This document shows positions 37,427-52,332 of a stretch of DNA of 64,000 bases, piece by piece. Position numbers and translations under genes: made by a program. This stretch comes from Octopus sinensis (Eukaryota), in assembly GCF_006345805.1 (NCBI RefSeq), contig NC_043015.1:31744001-31808000 (forward strand), written 5' to 3'. Each line of letters opens with the position of its first letter. Position 1 is the first letter of the stretch. Under the pieces are notes generated by a model, which had not been told where the DNA came from, made no database searches, and saw only the letters and a program-made list of their open reading frames with translations.

Positions 37427-38349
37427 TGGAAAATATAAGAAAAGTAAAAAGTTCTGATTATGACATTGATGATGTAATATGGTGGAATTAATCCATAAAT
37501 GGATTTGACGATAGCAGAGAAGATGAGAGGCAACGACTGTGATCCATGGGAAAAAAAGTGGAGATAAAAAGAGAAGAGAGAGAGAGAGAGAGAGACTGAA
37601 GTTGTGATGCAGGAGTGATCCATGAAGAGAGGGTGGGGATTAAGGGAGGAGGGACAGACTAGAGGACTGTGGGGTAATGAGGGGGGGAGTGCGGAGAGTA
37701 GTGCTGTACAGAATTGATCCTTAAGGGAAGTGGGGGGTGGAATTAAGTCTGTGTGACGTACAGCGTAGAAATATCGAATCTAAGAGAACAACAATACACA
37801 TACCACAAACCAACAAACACGCATGCCATCGAACACATACATATAGCAACACACATGCACACACACACACACACGCATGCACAAATATCACCACACAAAC
37901 ACACACACACACACAAATATCAATACATTCACCAACACACCATGCTATATGATAAAGGGTATGGTGGTAGTGAGGGTATTGGTGGTTTAGATGGTGATCG
38001 TGGGGTGGTGCTGAGAAGTCCAGATGGTAGTGGCAGTAGTAGAAGTAGTATTGGGTGTGTTTGTGGGTAGTGGTGGTGGTGGTGCTAGGTTTAGCGATAG
38101 GGGTATGGGATACGATGAAAGTGCTAGTGGTGGTGGTGTGGTGGTATTGGGATATCTAAATACTTCATCAGATCAATACAAGTTAAGCATCCCCAGTAAA
38201 GACTGGTTGATCATCTAATTAAATTACATCCTAAAGCAAGCGCATCAAGTCTCGTGATATCAATGGCATCGATTCCCCCAGCATATTACAGCTATTTTCT
38301 GCATTGGCTATCTCTTCCTCTTCCTTCACTAGCCTATAATTACTGTAAT

Positions 38350-38647
38350 CATGTGATCACGTGACTGACCAGACCATCAGATGTTGTTACACATCGCTGG
38401 TCACAATGCGCTTCGCATTGTTTTAGCCTTTGAATGACGCCACCCCGCTGGCTAAGCGAGCAGGCCAACAGAAGAAAGAGTGCGAGAAAGAGTACGGCAG
38501 GGATCACCAACACCCCCTGCCGGAGCCTCGTGGAGCTTTTAGGTGTTTTCACTCGATAAACACTCACAACGCCCGGTCTGGGAATCGAAACCGCGATCCT
38601 GCGACCGCGAGTCCGCTGCCCTAACCACTGGGCCATTGCACCTCCAC
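38350..38647 (-). mobile_element. SINE family D head with tail type 2 and 12-bp TSD
   Basis: TSD AATTACTGTAAT at 38338-38349 and 38648-38659. Same head as 19158 but an unrelated 3' half. Confidence 0.9.
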
Positions 38648-40317
38648 AATTACTGTAATACTGTAATTAAATACAATTAGAAAAAAATTGTAAACCTGTG
38701 AAACCCACATAAGCATGGAACAATACATCTTAAAGTGATATGACGATGATGATGATAATAGCAAGGTAATGACAATGGTAATGATGATGATGATGACGAT
38801 GACAACAGTAATGATAATATTAACAGGAAAGGAGAGACAATGACAACGACAATAGAAATGATGCTGACAACAACATCACCAACAATGATGAAAATGTTGG
38901 CAATGGTAACCGGAATGATAAAGATGACAGCAATGACACTGCTGCTGTCATCAGATGATGACAATAATTAGAACAACAACAATGATCATCATCATCATCA
39001 TTTAACGTCTGTTTTCCATGCTAGCAAGGGTTGGACAGTTCAACTGGGGTCTGGGAAGCCAGGAGGCTGCGCCAGGCTCCAGTCTGATCTGGCAGTGTTT
39101 CTACAGCTGGATGCCCTTCCTAATGCCAACCACTCCGTGAGTGTAGTGGGTGCTTTTTATGTGCCACCGACACAGGTGCCAGACGAGGCTGGCAAACGGC
39201 CACGATCGGATGGTGCTTTTTATGTGCCACCGGGCCGGAGGCCAGGCGAGGCTGGCGAACGGCCACGATCGGATGGTGTTTGTTACGTGCCACCAGCACG
39301 GAGGCCAGTCGATGCGGTGCTGGCTATGGCCACGTTCGGATATAATGATAAAAGCAACAACTATACAGGAGGAGGAGGGTGCCACCGCCACCGCCACCAC
39401 CACCACCACAACTACTACAGTCAGCTCTTAATATCTACCAATAGTTTTTCCGCTGAGGTCAACTTTGCCTTTCATCCTTTTGGGGGTCGATAAATTAAGT
39501 ACCAGTTGCACACTGGGGTAGATCTAATCAACTGCCTCACACACTCCAAATTTCAGGCCTCATGCTTAGAGTAGAAAAGAATATCTGTCAACAGTTCAGC
39601 CACACTGCTAGATCTATTTCCCCATGACAACATCCAACAGATGATGTCCACAGCATCTTAGATACCCTGACCTTTATTTAACCAATCAATTGTACAAACA
39701 TGCTTAACAGTGGGTGGCTGTAGACAATAGATCCCTAATATGGTGAAGTTCCTTTAACCAGATTAAATATGTGAGAGTAAAAAGGTCACGAAACTTAAAA
39801 TAAATGAATGAATTGAGGAGCAGTGAGCGAAGCCTACCTAGTGGTTCCAAGAGAAACCATGTGGCATAGTTTCTCAGTAAGGTTTTAAGCTAGCTGAGCC
39901 TGACACAATCTGGGATGCCATTTAAAATAACAATATATGAGTCAGATGACGGATAATAGGAAGGGAGGGGAAAAACAGCCATTGAAGATGGAAGGCATAT
40001 AGAAAAAAAATCAATCTCCAATTTGTTTATTGTGAGGAAATATTTCTAATAAATGTCAGCTGACAATATGGTGTGTGTTACCAAGTAGTTACAGGAACAC
40101 TGCCTGAACATTGCCCACTGTCCTTTCTACATTTTCACCTACTTTTCCATCTGCCTTTCTGCCCACCTACCTACCTACCTACCTACCTACCTACCTACAT
40201 ACATACATCTATACATCTTCCTCTCTTGGGTTTTCAATTCTTGATGTCATTGTAGCACAGGGCATTATATTAGAGGAGTCCATCTCTCCCCAGGTCAAAC
40301 CATAGCTGATTTCTTTG

Positions 40318-40390
<73 letters not shown>

Positions 40391-42313
40391 TGTGGAAGTG
40401 ATAACTAACAGCCGGACCAATTATGTCTCGTGGAGGTGTTCCTAATTGTGAAAATCCCATCTTTGTATAATTCAAATTTAAGTGTTCTCTAATTTTTTTT
40501 TTATAACTCTTCAGTGTGATCGCAGAGAGATTTAGCTGTTATTTCCAGCAAGTTGAGAGGCCACACAGAAATTCCCTCATTGGCTTGATGTTAAGTAGAT
40601 GTAACATATTTCTATTACGACAAAATAAAATTTTAAAAAAAACAAAAAAAATGAAGCAATTTCTTAAATAATCATGATGAATGTTTAAATACAAGAGTTA
40701 AAGAATTTTACTGCCCATGGTCCAATTACTTAACTCCACAGCTCTAAAATAGAAACCATTCCAGTCTTCACAGTCTTGGTGTTATTTATATGTCTATTTC
40801 CTAGATATACTAAAATTGGAACACAAAAGCATCTGGTTTCCCTTAACCACTACATTTTAATATCAGTTCAAATTCACCGTTTCTATAAATGCAGAAAATA
40901 ATGGTAGCAGCTGCAGTTTTAATGCCACTCTCTCCTCCTTTCCTTCCATATTCTCTGATGATTTAATCAGTCAGATGTCTTGTTTAATTTGGCTAAAATT
41001 CAAAATATCAGACATTAATTTTAAGAATGCCATGTTACTATCTCTTTTGACAGCTCCCTGCTTTTTTTAAACATTTCATTATCGTTATTATAATAATTAT
41101 CATTATTATTTTTAAAGTGGCGAGCCTGAAAGAATTGTTAGCACACTAGGCAAAATGCTTAGCAGTATTTCATCTGTCTGTGATCTGTGTTCAAATTTCA
41201 CCGAGGCTGACTTTGCCTTTCATCCTTTCGGGGTCAATAAAATAAGTGCCAGTTGAGCCCTGGGGGTCAATATAATCAACTCCCCTCCTGCCCTGAAATT
41301 ACTAGCCTCATGCCAAAATCTAAAACCACCACCACTATTTATACCAGCCATATCCGGTTCAAATAAGCTACCTGTTTTATCTGAAAACTGGCCAAATCTG
41401 GTCTTTCACACCTATCCTATGATGTCATTCTATAAGAAAAAAATTAAAAAATATAAAATGTTTTTAAAAAATAATACCATCATGTCATCAAAATTGTGAA
41501 ACTATGAGATAATGCACATTTCAGAACAATGTGAATAAATAAGCATTACATTTGGCAGAGCAATCTAAATAATAATAATAATAAAAATATTGGTTTCAAA
41601 TTTTGGTACAAGGCCAGTAATTTCGGGGAGGAGTAAGCCGATTACATTGACCCCAGTGTTCAACTGGTACTTATTTTTTTGACCCCAAAAAGATGAAAGG
41701 CAAAGTTGACCTCGGTGAAATTTGAACTCAAAACCTAAGGATGTCACATCCCTGAAAGTTTCATCCAAATCCATCTAGCGGTTCTTGAGGTATCTTGTCC
41801 ACGGACAAACAAACAAACGCAACCGTAAACAATAAATAACAATGATTCTTATATAAGGCACTAGGCTAGGAATTTAGAAGGAAGGATTATTTGATTAGAT
41901 CTGTCTTAGTGCTGGACACCCAGAAAAGTAAAAGGCAAAGTTGATAAAAAGTAACTGTTTCTCATATAGTCAAAAGTTTGGGAGTTTGAGGATTGGTTGG
42001 TCTTCTGATCCTCTTAGAACGCAAGAGGAAGTAGGTGATGAGAAGAACCACATGGGAGAAGAGAGAAGCAATGATTTTTTTAGACAAAACAATATAAATG
42101 ACCAACTTTTTAAACTGTTCTTTACCATCTTAAATAGAATGACATATCCTGAAACAGAACATACAGCCATTTACTTCCATCAATCACTAAAGGTCAGGTC
42201 GGCTCAGTAATAATAAGTGTTTCTAACAAATGGACAAGGCCAGAAATTTTGGAAAAGGCTTAGTTGATTAAGTTGACCACAGAACTAAACTGGTATTTTG
42301 TTTTATCCACTCC

Positions 42314-42494
42314 TATTTCATCTGCCGTTACGTTCTGAGTTCAAATTCCGCCGAGGTCGACTTTGCCTTTCATCCTTTCGGGGTCGATAAATTAAGTACC
42401 AGTTATGCACTGGGGTCGATGTAATCGACTTAATACTTATGTCTGTCCTTGTTTGTCCCCTCTGTGTTTAGCCCCTTGTGGGTAGTAAAGAAAT
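42314..42494 (+). mobile_element. 5'-truncated SINE family A with 22-bp TSD, nested in an older SINE
   Basis: TSD GGTATTTTGTTTTATCCACTCC at 42292-42313 and 42496-42517. Confidence 0.9.
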
Positions 42495-45400
42495 GGGTAT
42501 TTTGTTTTATCCACTCCAAAAATGATGAAAGGCAAAGTTGACATCAGTAGGATCTGAACTCAGATTGTAGAGCCAGAATAAATATGGCAAAGCATTTCCC
42601 CCCAATGCTCTATAACAATTCCGCCAACCCTTTAGCATTCAGATTTCTCTGTCAAATGTAATGCCCACTTATTCACACTTATTCATAAGTTAGTCCTGCC
42701 TTGCTTTGTAGCTTTGAGATTTCAATGATGTGATTGTTTGTTTCCAGAATAACATTGTAGTTAAGTGCGAGAGGCCAGTTTGAACATAAAACTGATAAAT
42801 TATTTTGGCTGGATGTGGCCAGTTTAAATACTAAAGGGTTAACAGTTGCTTCTAACATAAGTAGGACTGAAGTGTGTTTGGGGGAGAGGAGAGGAGATAG
42901 TCAATTACATTGACTCTGGTCCTTTATTTTATTGACCCCTAAAGATGAAAGACCAAGTTGATCTAAAAATTGGATCAAATTCTGAGACAAAACCAGCAAT
43001 GTTTTTTTTTCGGGGGTGGTGAAGAGGCTCGCCATTTACATTAAATCCAGTGCTGATCTGGTATTTATTTTATCAACCCCAAAATAATTATTTCAATTTT
43101 TTGCCTCAAGGGCAGCTTGGAGGTGGGGGGTGGATGAGTTGGTTACATAGACCCCCAGTGTTTAACTGGAACTTATTTTACCCACCTCGAAAGGATGAAG
43201 GGCAAAGTTAACCAAGGCAGAATTTGAACTCAGAACGTAGCAACAGGTGAAATACTGCTGAGCATTTCATCCAGCATGCTAATGAGTCTGCCAGCTTGCC
43301 GCCTTATCAACCCCCAAAATAATGAAAGGCAAAGATGATCTTGGTGGCATATCAACTCAGAATGTAAAGATCCACAAGAAATACTGCTAGACATTTTGTC
43401 CAACTTGCTAATAATTCCGCCAGCTCACCACTTTCACTAGATCTAATAATAACAATGTTTTCTGGCGCCGAGGATGGGGAGACAGAGTTTGGTGAATTTA
43501 ATCATTTCCCGCCCTCCCTTCCTCCCCAACAATCGACTGATATTTAGTTTATTGATTCTGGAAAGATGAAAAGAAAAGCTGAACGATAACAATAATAAGC
43601 GTTTCTAACTTAGGCACAAGGCCAGCATTTCTGAAAGGAGAGGGTCAGTCGATACCATTCACTCTAGTACTTGTCTGGGACTTTATTGTATTGACCCCCA
43701 CCCCCATAGGGATGGAAAGTCAAGTTGACCTTGTTGGAATCAGAACCTACAACAACAGTCATCAGAAATATGAGGCATTTTGTCTGATTATTCTAACAAC
43801 TTTACCGATCCATTGCTCTTATAACAACAATGATAATTATCACGAAAACTATGGTAAAATTTTATAAGCCTTTCTAGGAACCAGAAGATAATCTTTACCA
43901 AAGAGTTTAAAAGGGTTTTCCAGTGATATGGGTCCCGAAACAGTTTTTGCCAATTATTCAAGCTGTAAAGTAGTGACACACACATATAGACTCACTGGGT
44001 TTCTTTTTAAAACTGGTATACCTAGTGAAACCAATATTCCCAATTAGTAGTTTTTTTAGTTGGTGTTTTTTTTTTTGTTTTTTTTTATATATATATATGA
44101 TAATAGTAATAAATGAAAACTTGACCAAGAATGTTTTTTTTTTTGCTTTGTTTTGCTTTCAGTAAAAGGAGGGCAGTGGACAAACATTACACATCACACA
44201 CCAGAGTTAATTAGAAATTCAGAGAAAGCAATTGGGGTGATGGTAGTAGGCGGAGTATCCATAGAGGAGACTAGTAGGTAGGGTCAACAAACGAGCAGCG
44301 ACTCATTAGTATATATTGTGAAATAGCTGAATGATAATGAGATAACAAGTCAATAATGGAAAATACTCTCCTAACATCACACCCTGTCCTGTCTTGAAGT
44401 CCGCAATGCTATATTTAGCATATCATATGGAATCTATACAGAATAGTGTAGTGGAAGCTTTCTACTCTTTTCCCCCTGATGTATTAATTCATAGCTCTGA
44501 AATTGCTCATGTATAATTAGATATATTTATTTATTCTGGGTCAGATTAAAAGCAGTAGTGATGATGATGATGATGATGGTGGTGGAACTGTGGTGCAACT
44601 GGTACTGCTAGTTGCAGTAGTGGCTGCAGTGACGGTAGTATTGTTAGTAATGTTTTCAAGATTTCACTGTATTTTACTTTGGAGAAATCTTTCCACATAC
44701 TTGCTGCGAAATGGCTGCCGTTTCTTAAAGCAAAGCAAAAGAGTCCAGCTGAAGGATATTAGGAAATTCCTGCAGAACAATACCAGACCAAAGTGACTCG
44801 CTTGTTTCGTATCATTTGGTAATGGCATAATTCAGCTTATTTTCACATGAACCCTTTCGTTACTGTATTTATTTTGAGATGCGCTGTTTTTCTCTCAATT
44901 ATTTAAAATATAACAAAGAATTTAGTAAAGTAACTTAGTTAGAGTGCCTTTGATCAAAGGTCTGCTGTATGCTCGATGATAACAAACAGATGAGGAATGA
45001 CAAGTAGAAACAGTGAAAGGCTTTGGTTGGCCTGAGGCTCCAGCAGAAGACACTTGTCCAAGGTGCCAAGCAGCGGGACTGAACTCAGAACCATGTGGTT
45101 GAGAAGCAAGATCCTTACCACACAGCCATGCCTGTGCCTACGGTATCCAATTTACTATTTTGCTTGCGTGGACCCCTCCACCCCGGAGTCCCATGGACCT
45201 AAATTGAGAACCACTGGTCTAAATGCTTGCAATAGGGCACACTCCACTGAAAGCATCCAAGTGCCAGGTGGGGGCGTGGTGGCTTAAACCAGGTAGAGAA
45301 TTTAGTCTACAACGCAAGGAAAGGAACTCTCTCTCTCTTTGACAGTCTTCGCAACAGTTTCTGTGACCCAAATTTTCACTCAAAAGGCTTTAGTTGACTC

Positions 45401-47954
45401 GAAGCTATGGCAGAGGAGACTTGTCCGAGAGGTCATAGAATGTGATTGAACCTGAAACCACATATTTGTGAAAGGAACTTCGAAACCACACCCACACAAC
45501 CATGCCAGCATCCATTATGAAGTTGGGATTATGGTAAAGACGCTGTGCTTCCTGTCACTGTTTGCTATAGATATGAAATAGATCTCAAAGGATGGGATTA
45601 CTATCAATATAGGTCTTCGTTAATATATTAATTTCCTTCCATAATTAACAGTTGGAGTCATAATTACATTTTTCCATCTCTTCCTTCTTCATTTGTCACC
45701 TGATATCCAAATCCTAGGGAAAATACATAAGGAAAGGCTATAGAAAGCTATGAAGTTTCTCAATAGTAAGTTGAAACAAGAGGCCATCATCGTCACCAAC
45801 AACAACAACAATTATCATTATTATTTTTATATTTCTTTCTTGTTTCGGCACAAGACCAGCAGCTCAAAGGTAGATGTAAAGTACCAGTAAAATACTGTAA
45901 TTGAAATTGTTGACTAGTCTACCGCTCCCAAAAATTTCAGGCCTTGTGTTTGTTAGAGACAATTATTATTATTGCAATATTTTGTTATATCAATCCTTCA
46001 AATTCCAACAGGAACCTGTTTGCCTTTCATTCCTTGCAGTTTCAATATATCAGGTGACTGTAATATACTGAGGCTGATTTAATCAATTCTTCCCTCTTCC
46101 AAATATTTCGGGCTCAGTACCAATGCTAAAATTCAAAACCATGCAATACTTCATCCACATTACAACCAAGAATTTAATCTATCACAGGTTGGGATGTGCA
46201 ACCTCCAAGCCATGCACCATCCACAGATCACATCTGTATTCTACACCATTTGCAAATCAATGAAATAAACCCACAGCCATTAGTAAATACAGTTCTTGTC
46301 AAAGTGTGTGTCGTTCACCAGAACCAAAACCCTCCCCATTACACATAACTGAAGTCCTTCACTTAACAAAAGTCAATAATCAGGGGGTTTGATTGCAGAT
46401 TGGCATCAAATATGAGAAAAACCTTCCAGCTAAAAAGGGAACACATCATCATCATTGTTTAACGTCCATTTTTCATGCTGGCATGGGTTGGACGGTTTGA
46501 TTGAGGACTGGTGAGCCAGAAGGCTGTACCAGGCTTCAATCTTGATCTGGCAAAGTTTCAACAGTAGGATGCCCTTCCTAACGCCAACCACTCAGAGTGT
46601 AGTGGGTGCTTTTACATATTTTTTCAAAATCCCCAACAGTAAAGAAGGAGTAGGAACCAGAAAAAAAACCTGCAATGTTACTCATGGAAAAACCAATATA
46701 AAATGCTATGAAGTAACGACAATTCCAACAGATCAAAAATTAACTGTCCTTCAATCTTCAAAAACTAAAATCTCCTTACAGAAACATCGTTACACAAATT
46801 AACCAAAGAATCTAATTGAAAAAGAAAACCATGAAAAAAATCATTACTAATAACGAAAGTTAATCATAGAATGGTAACTAAAAGCTGGCAGCTAACAGAT
46901 TAGAAATAATTATATTGGCTCTGAATTCCATCAACATTAGTTATTCTAAGCCAACACATTTGAAAACCAAACCTGATGTTAATACTCACTTGCAGCTTCA
47001 GAGAATTAAGCTGAGGCTAACAGAATAACAAGAAGCTTACAATTTTTTAAGGGGTCACATTGACATTCACAAATCATTCTGATCTCCTTGCTGTGTTCCC
47101 TGTCAATAAGATGAGGGCAGATAGATTTTAGATGAATGTCAGTTTCCAAGGTGGTGCCAAAGGCTGGAGAGACCAGAAAATCCAATGATTTCTTTCCAAC
47201 CGTTTTGCCCACCAACAGCATGTCACATTTTAATCTAAGATCTGATTCAGTTGTCTCATGGTTTATATTTTGGTAATAAGAAATGCCAACTTGATTCTAC
47301 AAATGGTAATGAGTAAGGAACTCTCATCTCATGTTGCCATTTGCTGACCTGCTTTGGTGTTTAACTTACCAGAAAGAATGCCATAAAGCAAGAAAGAAAA
47401 AGATAAATAAAAAGAACTCCAAAAGTCACAGAAAATGGTTTTACTGATATTATTATTACTATTACTATTTGTTTGTTTGAAAAATAAAAAAAGAAACACT
47501 AATAAGTTTGACCTTTTCCATATAAGAAGAATGAAAAAGTCCAGGAAACTTTCAATGTCTGCTTGCTGTGCTAAGGTTACATTATTATTATTATTATTAT
47601 TGTTTTTTTGTTTTCTTACTCTATTTCTCTTGAAATATGCAGCTTTTGTTCCAGTTAATTTTGAAAATAATGAAGCATTTAGTAAAATAACTGTCACTAA
47701 TTAACCCGCTAATTGGGACATGAGTCAACATAAAATTTTGATAGAAGGAAGGTTTTAATTTAGATCAGTTTTATACAGGAAGTTTGTATTTTAGAAGCAG
47801 GGGCAGTTTCAGGCCTGGTTGGCACCAAAAGGGTTAAAATGTGATGATGGTACAACATTGGCATGGGTATCTTTCATCTTATCTTTTATACTTGTTTCAG
47901 TCATTAGACTGCAGCCATGCTGGGGCACTGCCTTGAAGTGTGGTACTTATTCTT

Positions 47955-48186
47955 ATTTCTTTACTGCCCACAAGGGGCTACCCACAGAGGGGACAAACAA
48001 GGAGAGACAAACGGATTAAGTTGATTATATCGACCCCAGTGCGTAACTGGTACTTATTTAATCAACCTCGTAATGATGAAAGGCAAAGTCGACCTTGGCG
48101 GAATTTGAACTGAGAACGTAACGGCAGACGAAATACTGCTAAGCATTTCGCCCGGCGTGCTAACGTTTCTGCCAGCTCACCACCTT
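47955..48186 (-). mobile_element. SINE family A, full length
   Basis: Reverse complement of the family-A consensus. Confidence 0.85.
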
Positions 48187-49932
48187 ATGTGTGTATATAT
48201 ATATATATTATATATATATATATATTATATATATATATATATATATAGTATTTACGTATATGCATGTATATAGCATTCACATAACACCAGCATGTTATGC
48301 ACATGGTATCAGATATACACTATGCCATTTGGGTCAATTTGCAGGAATTGATTGGTCAATACTCTAGCTACCATTCTATCTTAATTGTAGATATGTCACA
48401 GGATTTAGATATTATAGTATATTAAGAGATTTCGTGAGAGAGTTCATTAAGAGATTTAAAAAGTAATGCTATTAAGAAATTTAAAAGGAGACACTGTTTT
48501 CATGGGTCTCTTATGAGGAAGTGAGAGTATATTTTCAAAGCTATGCAATATAGAAGTATAAGGAAGAGTATATCTTTAGCTCTGCTGATGTGGGAGGAAA
48601 GGGCCATCACGGCTGAGACTGCCTGAGTTCTTTGATATAAACTTCTTGTTTTAAAGAGGTCGAAAGTAAAACCGTCAATCAAAATTTCAGGCTAATTTAT
48701 GTTTCAAACAGTAGTTTAATAACGACAAAATTACTTTACTAAATTTTTCACAATCTTGAAAATTAATTAAGACTAAGGTAGTGTGTTTCATCAAAGATAT
48801 GGTTAACGAAAGGGTTAAAACTTTGATGGTAGAGCAATGGGAGAATATATCACCTATGATATTCTGTTACAGAGAGGTGTAAAAGTATATCTTTAGGGAT
48901 CATTTACAATGAAAGAATAGACTAGAGAATATATATTTAAGGGTGAAGGAAAGATGGGTGTGTATCTTCGAGACTGATGATGAGGGAAAGAGACTGTGTA
49001 TATTTTCAAGGCTCGGTTTGTGAAGGGGTGGGCACAGAAAGAGAGATGATATCTTTAAGGTTCTGTTTGTGATATGGCAAGGGAAGTAATATTATCAAGG
49101 TTCTGCTTCAGGTAAAGGATGGAAGAGTGAACCTTCAAGGTTCTGTTAGTGAAGGGACGAGAGAGAGAGAGAGAGAGAGAGAGTATATCTTCAAAGTTAT
49201 GCTCTAGGGGTGATAAAAGTAATATCTTCAAGGTTCTAACCACAAGATACTGTAGAAGATAAAAATCTGAGAGTCTGCTAGAGGTGATGAAAGAGGAAGC
49301 ACCAATTATAAGATGATGTCTATATTACTGACATGAAGAAACCTTATTAGTTTAGCTCATCTATACTCTGCATGATGTCTGAGAGGAGCAGTCGAAGAAT
49401 TTCTTGAAATTCTCTTTGGAATTCGATTCAGAAGAAATATTAATAAGCGCTGGATTGGATTGGATTGGTAAGTGAACGTAGTTCTTCTCTGCCAATGAGA
49501 TAAAGAATAACAGAGCATCACCAAAAGCTATTTACACAAGGACCGTCTTGAAGCTCAAGTTTCAAACACAACTCACAGAGAATATCGTATCACTGCCGCT
49601 CCGTTTAGCATCTTGCCATTTCTCATCAAACAAGAAATTCAGAGAGAGACAGACAGACAGGCAGAGGGGGTGAACTGAAGTTCGTCTTAAAATATTTCAT
49701 CTACTAAATTGTTATGAGAGGAGAATGGAGGGGGGGGAGGGGGGCAACTTTCCTTTCTGCCCTGGTAGATTTCACAGAATTTACGTTAAGGGGGTGGGGC
49801 AGCCGGGTAATTACCAGGATATAAAGTTAATAAATTATGTATATTTATTTATATTCACATTTGAAATGTACTTAGAATTAAAGGCCACAAAGAGCAGAAA
49901 GCAATCTAACTACAAGATGTGTGTGTGTGTGA

Positions 49933-49980
<48 letters not shown>

Positions 49981-50978
49981 CATCAGTCCAATAAATTCAA
50001 CATCTTTCAAGAATGCATTTACCCTCTAGATGTAGAAAATATAAAGAAATGTCAGATATATGTACATGATTTTCAGTAATGTTCCAGGGAAAGATATGAA
50101 GATCTTGTTGGCTGCATCTTGTCTTAAAAGTATTTGGAATTAAATTGTTTTAAATGGTTTGGGGATACATATGTATATATGTATGGTTTGGTTTGGTTTA
50201 AAGGTTATACATACAATTTATACAAACACATCTGAATGTAGAAAAAATATTCAGGATGTGTAACAGAGTGTATAATATTCATTTCAATCTGCTAAAACCC
50301 GTGCTATCATCGCTACTCTAAGTTTTTCGGTTCATAGTCCGCAGTGACTGAATCATAAGCTTTCAAGTGATGAATGATGATGGCTTGTAAACCCAAACTT
50401 CATAAATCACTATCAACCTTTTTTTCATTTTTCTTCTTGTAAAAATAAATAAATCTGCTACTCAAAGTGTCAAGGGACCTTTCCATTTAATATTCAACTG
50501 TTTTATCATTCAGCTTTACATAAAAACAAGCTTACATACATGTGTGTGTGCATGTGTATATTGATGTGTGTGTGTATGAGAGAAGAGATAGATAGAGAGA
50601 AATAGATACTGCTCAGAGAGCCAGGACATATATTGAATGCTACTTGCACAAGTAAATGGTTGTGTATTTGTGTGTGCAAGCGTGCGCGTGTGTACATGCA
50701 TATCAAACAAGCAGCGTAGTGATGCTGGCAGAGAGATTGGAATCATAGTTAAGAGCTGTTGCTGATGACATACTGACAAAGCCAATAAGTAAATATGGTA
50801 CAAGTCACTCCCTCGACTATTGGAGAACTTGAAATGAGTTGGGTAGTAGTGTAGGCAAACATTTGGCACTTGCAATCAAAGGTCAGTGCAACTAATAATG
50901 ACACAGAGCCAGAGTTTCTGCAATAATACAATACTCCCACATCCTAATTAACATTGGCAAAAATTAAGACCACATACC

Positions 50979-51210
50979 TGTTTCTTTATTACCCACAAGG
51001 GGCTAAACATAGAGGGGACAAACAAGGACATACATAGGTATTAAGCTGATTACATTGACCCCAGTGCATAACTGGTGCTTAATTTATCAACCCCGAAAGG
51101 ATGAAAGGCAAAGTCGACCTCGGCGGAATTTGAACTCACAACGTAACAGCAGACGAAATACCGCAAAGCATTTTGCCCGGCGTGCTAACGTTTCTGCCAG
51201 CTCGTCACCT
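50979..51210 (-). mobile_element. SINE family A with 17-bp TSD
   Basis: TSD aattaagac(c/t)acatacc at 50962-50978 and 51211-51227. Confidence 0.9.
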
Positions 51211-51429
51211 AATTAAGACTACATACCATCCTCATCATGATCATTAATGTCCATATTCCCTGGTGGAATGGGTTGGACACTTTGACAGAATCCGATGGGC
51301 TGAAGGGTTGCTTCGTGCTCCGGTGCCTACACATGGATGCCCTTCCTAGCATCAATCACTTTACAGAGTGCATTGAGAGCATTTTTTGTACTGCCAATAC
51401 TGACAAATGTGTGGCCTTAATGCCTAAAT

Positions 51430-51595
51430 TACGGTCTGAGTTCAAATTCCGCCGAGGTCGACTTTGCCTTTCATCCTATCGGGGTCGATTAAATAAGTAC
51501 CAGTTAATCACTGGGGCCAATGTAATCGACTTAATCCCCTTGTCTTTTCTTGTTTTTCCCCTCTATGTTTAGCTCCTTGTGGGCAATAAAGAAAT
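51430..51595 (+). mobile_element. SINE family A, 5'-truncated
   Basis: Runs from the B-box to the aaagaaat tail, followed by (AAT)n. Confidence 0.85.
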
Positions 51596-52100
51596 AATAA
51601 TAATAATAATAATTATTATTATTATTGCTGAGAGTCCAGCTAGGTAGCAGAACCTGTAGAACAGCAAAAATATATAAGGCAGTGTATTGATATAATCAGT
51701 AGAACAACAGAGAAAATGTAACAGTAGGCAAGAGTTCAAATCCCACTGAAGCCAACTTTGTATTTCATTAATCTAGGGTCAATAAAATAAATTACCAGGC
51801 AAATACTGGAATCACTTTTATCAATTCCCTAATTTCATTCTAGTTCTAAATCTCATTCGAAAGTCGTCTTTATCCTTCGTTCTTTTAGAATAAAGAAATT
51901 AATGATGTACCCCCCCCCCATTCCTGCACTGTTTGATTTTTAGTTTCTCAACTCAGGTTTCTGAGTTCAATTGTAACCCATGGATCACTTTGTTTTTCTT
52001 TCTTCCAGAGATCCTGTTTAACCCCAGATCAAACCTGATAACACGAACCTATGATCGAAGGTATCTTAGGCATGACCATCCTGTCTTTTTGTATATATAT

Positions 52101-52332
52101 ATTTCTTTACTACCCACAAGGGGCTAAACATAGAGGGGACAAACAAGGACAGACAGACGGATTAAGTCGATTACATCGAACCCACCCCCCAGTGCGTAAC
52201 TGGTACTTAATTTATTGACCCTGAAAGGATGAAAGGCAAAGTCGACCTCGGCGGAATTTGAACCCAGAACGTAACGGCAGACGAAATACGGCTACGCATT
52301 TCACCCAGCGTGCTAACGTTTCTGCCAGCTCG
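52101..52332 (-). mobile_element. SINE family A with 14-bp TSD
   Basis: TSD CTTTTTGTATATAT at 52085-52098 and 52333-52346. Confidence 0.9.

Noticed and set aside
44701-44769. Possible minus-strand 69-nt exon (gcag|...caa|gtatgt)
   Set aside because: The splice signals are plausible but the peptide is unrecognisable; it cannot be distinguished from chance without RNA data.
47130-47225. Minus-strand peptide LQPLAPPWKLT resembling Pak PPAPPVRLT
   Set aside because: It has no in-frame start, hits a stop three codons later and has no donor.
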